A stretch of 64,000 bases of DNA from NCBI RefSeq assembly GCF_006345805.1, contig NC_042999.1, positions 134,974,001 to 135,038,000 of the forward strand. The letters are read 5' to 3'. The stretch comes from Octopus sinensis (taxonomy: Eukaryota). The notes beneath the pieces were generated by a model. It worked only from the letters and a program-made list of their open reading frames with translations, searched no databases and was not told the origin of the DNA. Below are positions 1 to 12,073 of the stretch, in pieces. Numbering within the stretch: the stretch's first letter is position 1; each line of letters opens with the position of its first letter. A program made the translations under genes and the position numbers.

Positions 1-1195
1 CAGTGTAAGCTTTGGACACAAACGGTGCAGCAACATCAGAGGAAGGTTAAGAGGGAAACTAGCTTTTGTATGTGGAAGATGCACAGGAACAATAAACACT
101 GAAAATGCACAGAAAATAGACTCCATCAACTGCCAGGGAAGCAAGCTAGAGGTAGTAAATAGCATCTATTATCTAGGTGACCAAGTTAGTAATGGAGGTG
201 GATGCTCCAAGAGCATAGCTGTGAGAATGATATTAAGCTGGGCAAAGTTCAGAGCTCCTACTCCTGCTGAAAACAAAGGGCCTCTCTCTCAGAGTGAAAG
301 GCAGATTGTTCAATGCCTGTGTGCAAACAGCTATGCTGCATGGCAGTGAAACATGAGCTATGACAACTGAGGACATGTGTAGGCTTGAGAGAAATGAAGC
401 CAGTATGCTTCACTGGATGTGCAATGTCAGTGTACATGTTTGACACAGTGTAAGTATCTTGAGAGAAAAGTTAGGCATAAGAGGAATCAGATATGGTGTG
501 CAAGAAAGATGACTGCACTAGTATGGTCATGTGATGCATATTTACAAGGACAGATGTATAAAGAAGTGCTGATCTCTAACTGTCGAGGGAACCTGAGGTA
601 GAGGTAGACCCAGGAAGACATGAGACAATGTGGTGATGCATGATCTTCAAACTTTGAGCCTCACAGAGGCAATAACTAGTGACCAAGACCTTTGGTGATG
701 TGCTGTGCTTGAGAGGACCCGTCAAGCCAAGTGCACCCAAGCTGGTGGCACGTAGAGAACATCTTTTGAACACTGGGCTTCACAGAGGCAAAGTGGATGA
801 GTTCCATTCAAGCATTGATGGAGGCAAAATGGCTGAGTTTCTTTCGAGTGTTGGGCCTCATGGAGGCAAAGTAGCTGAGTTCTTTTTGAGTGCTGGGCCT
901 CACGGAGACAATGACCAAGACCTTTGGCATTCTGTTGTGCTTGAGAAGACCCAGCAAGCTGAGCAAAATCACAGTTTTGGCAGATATTGGTGTCATGCAA
1001 ATTGGCAACTGTGCCAGTGACACGTAAATGCACCCTAGTGTCAAGCAAATGGCATCTCGGAGTAGTTGGCATTAGGAAGGGCATTCAGCTGTAGAAAACC
1101 ATGCCAAATCAAACTGGAGTCTGGTGTAGTTTTCCAGCATGCCAGTCCAGTCAAACAATCCAACCCATTCCAGCATGGACAACAGACGTTAAATG
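1..1195 (+). mobile_element. Degraded RTE-clade LINE, 3' part
   Basis: Broken frame resembling KLEVV..YYLGDQVS..GGC..S; matches the minus-strand RTE at 51040-53385; internal ~45-bp duplications at 770-910; ends ...cagcatggacaacagacgttaaat. Confidence 0.85.
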
Positions 1196-1415
1196 TGTGT
1201 ATGCCTTTGTGTTTGTCCTCCACCACCGCTTGACAACCAGTGCTGGGGTGTTTACATTCCAATAACTTAGCAGTTCAGCAAAAGAGACTGATAGAATAAG
1301 TACCAGGCTTATAAAAAAAAATAAGTACCGGGATCAATTCATTTGAGTAAAAATTCTTCAAGGTGATGCCACAGCATGGCCACAGTCTAATGACTGAAAC
1401 AAGTAAAAGATGAAA
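1196..1415 (+). mobile_element. SINE family B, 3' half
   Basis: Matches 38270-38485 (ccaccgcttgacaacc...gactgaaacaagtaaaaga). Confidence 0.8.
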
Positions 1416-1797
1416 GATAAAAGAGATAAGTGTAATAGAAGCACTGTGAGCTGGCATTATGACATAGGAATGAGAACCACAAATATCATCCTCTATGTTA
1501 TCCTACAGCACAACACTGTCTCCTCAATTTTTAATTACAACCCAACTATTGCCAACAAAGAAACTAAGTCTAACAGCCAAATCACTATGCAAGCCATAGA
1601 TCTATTCCATTGTCTCGACCACGGTCGAACAATGATGATGATGATAGATCTATTTCATCAGAACTGGCCTGAAACTCTTTGTTAAAGACACTTATTCTCT
1701 TCAATGCAATGATCCCAGTCAACTGATAAATCCAGTATATTCATTGCAGAAAATTAAGAAATACAGAATATGCAGATGTAAATTACAAATTATCATG

Positions 1798-2120
1798 AAC
1801 ATCATCATCAACATTTAATGTGCATTTTTCATGCTGGCAGAGATTGGACAGGAATTGGCAAGGCCAGGGGCCACACCAAGTTCAATAATCTGTTTTGACT
1901 TGGTTTCTGTAGCTGGATGCCCTTCCTAATGCCAACCACTCTACAAAGTGTACTTGATGCTTTTTATGTGGCATCATCACCAGTACTTTTTATGTGGTAC
2001 CAGCACCAGTGCTTTTATGTAACACCCATACCAGTCCTTTTTCCATGTCACCAGCACCAGTGCTTTTTATGTGGAACCGGTGCCAGCATCCACATCAATG
2101 CTTTTTATGTAGCACCTTCA
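1798..2120 (-). mobile_element. RTE 3'-end fragment with ~26-bp internal array
   Basis: (CAT)n tail and gctggatgcccttcctaatgccaaccactct core shared with 51040 and 55080. Confidence 0.75.
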
Positions 2121-2209
2121 TCTTAGGATCTCAATTCTATTATGATAATGTATATATGATGGGTATAATGGAGAGAGGGGAGAAGTATTCTAAAATCTTG
2201 GTTAACATA

Positions 2210-2410
2210 CGAGGGGTTGTTGGAAAGTTCCTGGCTTTAAGGGCATTGCAAAAAGCCTGGTTGGAGACCAAACCTTCTGAGTTCTTTTACAGGGCTTAGA
2301 AAAATGAATGACCACTGGGATAAGTGTGTGAATCTGAAAAGGGAATATGTTTAATAAAATGATAATTAACTGATCCTCCTGTATTTTCATTTACCCAAAG
2401 CCAGGAACTT
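2210..2410 (-). mobile_element. Mariner-derived MITE, one end truncated
   Basis: TA|cgaggggttgttggaaagttcctggcttt terminus; opposite-orientation copy at 58915-59127. Confidence 0.8.
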
Positions 2411-2420
2411 GTAGTTGTGG

Positions 2421-2503
2421 ACATGGCTGTGTGGTAAGAAGTTTGCTTCTCAACCACATGGTTCCAGGTTCAGTACCACTGTGTGGTACTTTGGGTGAGT
2501 GTC

Positions 2504-2510
<7 letters not shown>
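2421..2510 (+). mobile_element. SINE family B head
   Basis: tggctgtgtggtaag and ggttcagtacc A/B-box-like motifs; same as 38080. Confidence 0.75.
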
Positions 2511-2538
<28 letters not shown>

Positions 2539-2548
2539 CTGTACTCAC

Positions 2549-2679
2549 CTTTTGTGGATTAATCTCTCGCCGAAACAGCTGAAGTAAGACATCATCATCT
2601 GTTACCAGAGTACACTGAGCTTTCTTGTCTTTAGGGGCACCATGGTATATACCTCCTCCACTAGGTGTCAGGTCTAATG
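2549..2679 (-). CDS. HSD17B4: Exon 22 (SCP2): (T)[43 protein letters not shown]
   Basis: tttcag acceptor, gtgagt donor, 131 nt, ends in PQK. Confidence 0.93.
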
Positions 2680-5600
2680 CTGAAATGATAAAGCGTGATG
2701 GCAATGATTTGAGTATCTTCATAGTATTGGTTATAATATTGATTTCAAATTTTAGCACAAAGCCAGCAGTTTGTGGGGAGGGATTAAATTGGTTAAATCA
2801 ATCCCAATACTCAACTGATACTTATTTTATTGACCTCAAAAGGATGAAAGGCAAAATCAACCCTGGTAAAATTTGAACTCACAATATAAAGATGGCCAAA
2901 ATACCACTAAGTATTTCACTTGGCATGCTAACAATTCTGTCAGCTTGCTGCTTTAAGACGGACAAAACACTGTATTCCCAGTGTTTTATAAGTCTTGGAG
3001 GTATGTGTCTGTGTCTGAGAATAGGATTGACTTCCTCATCTGGACATCAGGTCAGAATCAGTCTTGGTTTTCCACTTTTCTTTCAGGAATTATTGAGGCA
3101 CTTAAACTAAATGCAAACAGGCTGAGGTCAGGCCACATCAGAATAGTAACTAACCAATATTAGATGAGTTTATTCTAAATCTCTAATATGCCCAACATAT
3201 CAGATATCCAAAAACACAAGATATAGACTATCTTATGTTGCACTGTCCAGCCACTTTGGCCCCAGTGGGAATATGGAATAATCCACAAAGTTGGTAATGT
3301 ATATATCAGTTGGATTTGGAGATGTGAAAGAGACCAAACAAAACACATACAGCATTATTGTGAATTTAGTAGGGTACTTTCAGTAGTATTGATATTGTAT
3401 TAGAGAAAGCACTGATAATAATATTTGTGGCATTACTGATATAGTGTAAGGAGCATTTGTATGGTATTGGAAACAGTATTGTGACAATGATGATAATACA
3501 ATATAGGTGACAATAGTCGCAAACAGAAGCTGTGTTAGTAAATGTATTACGCCATTTCATTACAAATGCATGCTTAGTGCAGTTGATGTTGTCATTTAGT
3601 CCCAAGTCAGCCTTTATCATGCTAGGTTTTTTTCTCTTCACTATAAGGAGTTACATAAGTCAGTGAAGGAGCTCTTATGTAGTCCTGAAAATTGTTGAAT
3701 GTAAGAACAAAACTTTACTCAATTAACTTCCTTCTCCCTTTAAGATAGGGAATACACAAACCAATGAGGCTCATAAGATCCCTACTTAAGTTAATTATTC
3801 TGCTCAAAGAACCAACCAATCACATTACAACACATACTAACCAATTTTGTTATAACACACCGACCATCCATATCATAGCATTCCCCAGTCATATCACCAC
3901 ACAACACACAGCCAACAGTCATGACACAACACACACACACACCAAGCACATCACAGCAAACTGTCACAACACTAACATAAACAAACATGTCATGACAGAA
4001 ATCAGCTGTCTATGTCATAACAACGTAAACCAGTCTGATCTGTTACAACACAATACAAAGAGACAACTTACTCCACTGTGACACAGGTTCATTGCCATTT
4101 TTTGTAATATTCCAAAGAAAAACAGCATTGATCTTGGTCATTATTTGAGGCTTGTTTTGTAAATGGATTGCTAGCTCTTTGAACAGATTGTCACTCTTCA
4201 AATTGGTTACATTAATCTGGCAGAGATTAAACAAAAAAGGAAATTGTCTTTCAACAGGTATAGCAATTAAAAGATTTAGAAAATAACAAATTAAAACAGA
4301 GTTGCATGTAAGTTTGTATGAGTGTATATCAGAGTTATGCCATCTGGGTTGGCAAAATAAGCATGCTTACAAAGACTACAATTGTAAATATTAATCAATT
4401 AAAAAGTATAAAAAGTATGACCATGTCATATGTGTGTGTGTGTGTACACATGCATGTGAATACACAAGTACAAAACAAGATAGAGAAAATAGTACTCGAA
4501 TACCAAAGGCAGAGTAAAATACAGTATACTATTAAAACTGAAAAAACTTCACAAATGTTATTTAGAGATCATCAGTTAGAAGCGAATGGTGGATAAAATT
4601 CAAAGAACAAAGGAACAAGCAGAGGGCAGGTAGGTCCATCCATCTGTACTTACATGTATACATATAAGTATGGATGGATGGACCTACCTGCCCTCTGCTT
4701 GTTCCTTTGTTCTTTGAATTTTACCCACAATTCATTTCTGTCTAGTGATCAGTGTACCAACCAAAAAATGTGCAATTACCTCTCCTGTCTCCAATAATAA
4801 CAATCACCAATTACCTCCCCTTAGATTTTTCCCCATGCTGGTTCATTTAGAAACAAACTCTCATACAAGCAACATGGACTAAAAACTCTATAAGATAACA
4901 CAAAATTGCAATATTTTCACTGATTTCAATGTCATGATTACCAAAACATGAAACTAATAGAATATCGTAATATTCTATCCTTTAAAATATATTAAAAATA
5001 TATAAATTGTGTGCATTTTCCTTCTTTAGTTATATATAAATGTAAGTTCATAAGTATTATATGCCATAGCAAGAAGAATCTGCTCTTTTGAGATTGACTC
5101 TTCATCTATGAAAGCAAAAGATAATTTTTTTTCTCATTTTTGCCTGATAGAAATTATTTCTTTTTATCAACCAAAAGTCAGTCTCAAACAGGAGTTGGCT
5201 CTTCTCTCCTAAAGCATACACACTTATCTAAGCTCATGGACTTTTTGCCAATGCAGACCACAATAATTTTATATTGAAAGCTGAACATAGAGAATCTGTT
5301 TCCTAAAAACCCAAAACCTTTACCTCAATGGTCTCTATCACCTCTGTCCCATACAATAAGTGCTGCAAACATCTAAGTATTGACAAAGATATATCACACA
5401 AAGGTTCTATAAACAAAGATTGAGTCACTAAAGAACATCATGCCAGACTTGGTAAAGTATTTGCAAAAATTGTACTGATACCAACGTCTGAGATATTTGA
5501 ATGATCTATTAAGAAAATCCACTCCATAGATATTAAAATCTGCCAAAGAGAAGCTTCCACAGAAACAGTGATATTAGCAGGCTCTAACTCAGAAGAAAAG

Positions 5601-8600
5601 AGGGAGGAAGAGTTTTAAGATCTGTCCAGACAGCCTACAAGTATTGTATGGTATCAGACAGAATCTGCTAAACAACAACAGAAATAAATACTGTATTTGA
5701 TGCCATAAAAGATGAATGGGGATATCAACCCTTAAGCATTCAGATTATTCTGTCAAGTGTAATGCTTATTTATTCACACTGTTTTGTGTTAATCATACAT
5801 TATCTTGTAGCTCTGAGATTTTGATAATGTAATTGTATATTTTTAGAATGATATTGTAGGGTAGATGTAAGAGGCCAGATCTGGCCAGTCTAAACATTAA
5901 ACAGGTAAAATATTTGGGCTTGATATGGCCGGTTTGAATGCTAAAGAGTTAAACACAACCCAATTTCAACAGTGCATATTCAGAAAAAAATTTTAGTGCA
6001 TTAAAGCTTATGAGAAACTCAAATTTGAATATGAAACCTGGAGTGATTTTTTTTGAGAGCTTAAAAGCAAAGATAACATTCTATGGGTCAGAATAAACGC
6101 CTCAAGAACTCTTCACTTCCATATGACATATATGATCCTGAAATTGCTGAACTACAGTACCTAAACAAAGACCTAGAAGAGAGACATAACCAAAAAGATT
6201 ATGCATGGATATGCATCCCATAAACTTGAGGATGATGATAACATTAACATGAATTGTAGTCTCTTTGATTCATGAACATTAAAATCACATTCAGATGTTA
6301 TGCTTTTACAATCCAGGAGCTTGAGATAACTACAAAATACTTAGTGAATAAGAGACTATGAAGTCCTTAAATCCACCTGGATATTACCCAAAATGTTAAT
6401 TGTCCCATTTCTGTAGAATATATTACACATAGAGCTTGAAAAGCTGAGGTTAATGCTAGTGATTAATGCAGTAAGGCTGAGGCTGTCAGCCAGTGCATGG
6501 AGTATTATATGCCTCGATCATGCAGAAACGAAAGTGTGGCATGCTGGCGTGTTGTGAAAGACAAACAAGTTTCTCTATGCATGCGTGACCAACCTAGGGT
6601 CTTACAGAGATGAATTGTGTCTACAAGGGCACATTGAGCATGGAAAACAAGCAAGGAAGGCATGTGTGGTGCATGAATGTGACAGAGATAGCATTTGTGT
6701 GTGTGTAACAATGTGTGCCGATGCGTGTGCAAGGCCAGGCTGTCAGGATAGGTGCATGTGTGTGTGTGTATGCCACAATGCAAACATTTTCAAAGTGAAT
6801 GTGCAGTGCAAACAGAACAATAAAAAAAGCGAAAAATAGCTAACTAAACTGAAAATAGTGTCCTTTGTTAAAAGTCCACTGCTGAAAATGAAAAAAAAAT
6901 GTGCATGCAAAGAAAAAGATTTGTGTAAGTCTATGTGAAAGTCTTATGTATGTGAAAAAGTTCATAGACAATGCAGGGTTTGTACGTCAGGACGAGACGA
7001 AAAGCATGTGTGCTGAAAAGGTTGCACGTGCGGGCTTCCATATCTTCTTCCAGTTAGTTTCTGGGCCTGTAGGTGAATACCTTGTTCGTCAGCTGTGTTG
7101 CATTGTTGTGAAGTGCATCGTAGACTGCATTGCAATATAGTGCTTTTTGCAGTAGGTCGATGGAGGATGCATCTTGGTGGTGACGGATTCTTTTTCTTTG
7201 GTTTAGCGACTGTAGATATTCTAGTTCTTTAGTTCGAATCAGTAAAAATGCAACGGCATGTAGCATCGGGAGGTATCAATTCTCTTTACACGGGCTCACC
7301 AAGTTGTAAGCGATGAAGTTTAATTTTTGTAGCTTGTTATGGTGCAACGTTGGGGTTGCCAGTTTGTAACGGTTTGTAATGCAATTTCAGAAGGCATAGA
7401 TTCTCTTTTTACAAAGTCACCGATTGTAACGGCAAAAATTGTTGAAGTTGAGGGTCACCAATTATAACGGCCGATATTGATTTGTCGTGGTCAGCTGGTG
7501 TGACGATAAGTTGTTGTTATTATTGCATGTTGTAGAATGTGAAAGATGAACAATGCATGAAATTTTAAGGAAATATTTATTTACCGTTACGTTACAAATA
7601 CCTTGCCTCAACGAGTAGGTTGATAAATCCAAAAGCATGCGAAAGTAAAGTTTGCGTTTGTATCCTTTTCATTGTTTAGTAGTAATTGCTGAGACAGATA
7701 GAATGATGTTGTAAGAGAACGGAATTAGAGCTAGAGAGAAGTGTTGGGTGTTGTCTGTCAGTAAACTTCATTTCTCTCGCTGACTAAGGCTGGTCAGCCA
7801 GACCTCGTTGAGTTGTCACGACTGTGATGAACTTGGTTGAGTCATCATCACCGGCTGGTGACTAAACCGAATTTTGCTTGGGGTGTGCTTGCTTATATAA
7901 AGATCCAGAAGGATAGATATATCATTGAGAACAATAGATTTAGTTGGAGGTCTTGTTATCTATTCTAGCTTTTGGTGAAGTAGAAGAGGTTAGAAAGGGT
8001 CAAGTAGTGAAGACATTATTTCGGCCTAGCTAAAGGCATCTGGGAAATGTAAAACTGCAGTCAGAGAAAAACCATTGTTCCACCATGGGAAAAGTTCTGT
8101 AGCAGTGTTGATTTAAATTTGGCTATGGTGGATCGAATCTACTTTATGCATGCAAGATTCACTACACACTCCCTCTGCCAGTGAGCTTCCTGGTAAGGAA
8201 ATGACCGATCAAAGGAGACAAAGAAATGCATGGTAAAGGAGAAATTTGGCATATCAGGAGAGAGGATCGTTGAAGTGTATACAGGACAGATTTCTATTCC
8301 GATTAGTTCGAATAGCAGTGTTGCTTTGCATGCCAAAATGTGTGCAGTCAGTGACTGGGCAGTACAGCAAATGAGCATGTGTGTGCACGTGAGGGTGTAT
8401 ACAGGAGTGCAGGTGCATGTTTTGAAATTGACTGTAAAATAAGCTCAGGTGAGCGAGTGAGTGATATGAAAGATCTTCCTGCAGGGTTGCAGTGTGTGAA
8501 ATGCCTTGAAGGTGAAATGCCCTAAGTGAAATGCATCTGGTGCTGTTGTCGTGGTTAATTGCTGAGTTAGCAGGACGACAGTGTAGCATGCTGGAGTGGT

Positions 8601-11600
8601 GTGCGAGACAGATAATTTTCTCTGTTAATTACGTGACCAAACAGGGGTCTAACAGGGGAATATTATATCTAACATGAGCACAGAGCATGAGATCATCCGA
8701 CGTGCTTCAAGTCGGGAGAATCAATATAACAACAAAAATAAAGAAAAGAAATAACATCACTTACCTGTTGTTTTTCAGTAGTTACTCCTGTTTCAGGAAA
8801 AGAGTGGACATTTATAAAACCTCCAGTCATACACATTTGCCCAGTTTCCACAATCTGAAATAGTCAAATAATAAAATATTAAATTTCAGGTTGTAAACAG
8901 ACAGTAAAAATGACAAAAACAGAAGATGGACATCATTTATTAAAAAGAGGTTATGATTTTCAAGACATCAGATATTTGAGAAGCATCTCTCCCCTTAGAT
9001 GGTTAGTGCATTGTAGATTTTATTCGTGAGGGTGTATGGTCTGAGCACTGTAAATTTGTTTTATCACCTGATTTTGTAGTTAATAGTTCTTCTACTTAAC
9101 CTGATATCACTGTAGTTCTTTGTGTATAATTAAACCTTCTGGAAGAACTCACCGAGCATTGGAAATGAACACCAGAATCAACTTTCCACATTTCTGTTCG
9201 CAGAGTTTGCCCTGGTAAAAATGGTTTAGAAAACCGTGACTGAAAGAAGAAATAGAACTATGTAATATAAATTTGAAAGAGATGGGTGGCAGATTATTTT
9301 AAAAGAAAGAGTATGTTAGGATTTTTATGGTAATGTAGAATGACAAAACAGAAATGTAATTAGCTTATGGAATACATGGGCAGATATATTACCACAAAAA
9401 ATAGTTGAACACAGTTGCTAATATTGGACAAAATTAGTGTGGGACAAATAGAGTGCTACTAAGCTACATTTCAACAAATTACAGTGGGGCAAATGTTACG
9501 ATATTTAAAGACAGCTACAGAGGGACATAGGTAATGCTACAAAGCTGCATTTGGACACACTTACAGTGGAGAAGAATGCTGTGTGTCTCATGGTTTAGGC
9601 TATTTTAAATGTTCAGTCGCAGGAAGAAGAGCAGCATTCATGATATTTGTAGGATCATCTAGAGCAAAGGTTCTCAATGGAGGCCATTTGGAGCGGGGGC
9701 GGGGTGCGTTTTGAAGCAAAGGGGCACTAGGGGTGAGTGTTGAAATTAGTGAGTAGAAGCCATATTTTCACATCTCTGCAACAGTCAGTTTTAAAAAACT
9801 GTGTCTCTTTGTTTCAAATTTTCAGAAACTTGAAAAACACTATTTCCACTGCAAATTCCTGGTACCAAGTGTAACCCAAGCAAATTCCTGGTACCAGGTG
9901 TAACTGGTGTAGCTCAAGTAAAACTCCCAAAACAAACAGATGAATAGTGACAGACGACTAAAAGACAAAAAAATGAATAAAAGCGTAAGGCTGAAATGTG
10001 TGTGTTTATGTGCAAATAAATAAAGAATGGCAATCAAAATTTTGGAACAATTTTGGCTTTTGGGAATAGCTGATAGGTATGTATCTATGTATGTGTGTGT
10101 ATGTATGGGTATGTTTGCATATATATGATTGTGTGTGTTGTCATTTTGAATTCCTTTCTGCAATTGAACTTAAATTGAGCCCTGTCTATTAAGACCCAAC
10201 CACACACACACTCGTTTGTTTTAGGTTTTGTACCCATTTGAACTGTGACCATACACTAGATAACATGGTAAGTCTTATGCTCTGAAATCGAAATTCTGAA
10301 ATTGTTTCAAATTATAAAATTACACCTCAACTGAACCCTTTCTTTCCCTTTCTATATTTTTGTTAAGTTAGGATTTCTCTGTTTGGTCTGGATTTTCCAA
10401 TTTCCTGCATCAAGCAATGGACGGAAGCATTTAAAAAAAATTAGTTTCATAGAACCAAACAAAATCAAAAAAGTTAATTTTAATCATAGTAATGGAGAGA
10501 AGTAAGCATTCTCCCTTTCCTTAATACTAACAAGAGCATAGTATGATGGATATTAGGCTGTTATTTCTAGCAAAGTGAACAACCACACAGAGAGTACCTC
10601 ATTGGCTCATTTGTTAATGTGTATAAGTAAACAAAAACTGAAGGAAAAACAGACACTAGCAAACACACACACACACACACACATATATATAATTTAAATA
10701 ACCAGAAAATGGACAAAACTTTTGATCAACAAACAAAAAATTGAACCACATCGGTTGATTATCATTTAATAAAAAACATGACATAGCATTTCTTAAGGCC
10801 GTTTCCACTTCAAGTGTTAGCCGGTGCTTATGAAAGAAATTCTGAAAATAATATTTGTCATCTCCATAGTACATTCGATCTAGTACATGGAGCTTCATCT
10901 GAGTGAATACAAAAGCGTATAATAAAATGAACGAAGGGAAGAGGAAAGAACAGGGCCTCGAGAAGAGGCCAGAAGGCTCAATATATTAAAATCATAACAT
11001 CTTGCAGTGTGTAGCTTGAAGTCCATAGGCAAAAGAGTGAACTAGCAGTGGCCTAAGGAAATATTCACAGAACCAGGGTGTTTAAGTAGTAGTGAAATGA
11101 AGTTAGTAATAAAATAAGACAAAAATTACTCATATGTCTAAAAAAAGAATAGTACTTATGATATCGTAAATAGGGCTAGTTAATATTTATCCAAAACCAT
11201 AGGGTTCTTATAATGGTGTACTTACTGAAATATTGTAAAGACCACCACCTGTTGTCCGCAATGGAATTGACCAAAGTCTATCCATCTCTATAATTAGTTA
11301 ATTATATTTGAACCAAGGGCAAAAGTTAAGGCCATTACATGGGATATGTAAATAAAGAAGAAAAAAAACGGGAAAATAAAGAGTGTGGGGAGAAAAGACT
11401 GTGATATAAGTGGCCCAAGGCTGCTTATGGCCTTCTGCAACTTCTCAACCTAACATGAATAAGAATAAAATAAATATTATCAATCAAACTGCAGTAATTT
11501 TTTATAGTTGAAGGGAGGCAACTTGATGCATGCTAATGGAATAACCAACAAAAAAATAATGCTGAATCTTACATCCTAGATAGCCGGTAAAATTCCAAGT

Positions 11601-12042
11601 GGTGGTAATAATGGACAAACAAGTAAATGCATACATGTTCCTAAGTAAATTCTGCCCCTTAGGTACACGAAAGGGCAAAAGCACAAAACCACAGTCTTCT
11701 CCCTTGCACCTTTTATTTACTGGTTTGCTTTCTTTTTTATTTACATATCCCTGTAATGGTCTTAACTTTTGCCCTCAGTTCAAATATAATTGACTAATTA
11801 TAGGGATGGATAGACTTTGGTCAATTCCATTTCGGACAACAGGCGATGATCTCTACAATATTTCAGTAAGTACAACATTATAAGAACCCTACAGTTTTGT
11901 TTTTGGATAAATATTAACTAGCCCTATTTACGATATCATAAGTACTATTCTTTTTCTAGACATATTAGACATATTGGTAATTCTTGTCTTATATTAGTAC
12001 TAACTTCATTTCACTAATTTTCAATCACCCTGGTTACCCCTC

Positions 12043-12073
<31 letters not shown>

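Noticed and set aside
1-2548. Search for the final HSD17B4 exon
   Set aside because: No GNIML/xKL-like exon with an acceptor was found; the region is mostly RTE, SINE and MITE sequence.
10656-10898. 80-aa protein-like ORF as an independent nested gene
   Set aside because: No splice or promoter support, and it runs into a (GT)n tract; at best a transposase remnant.
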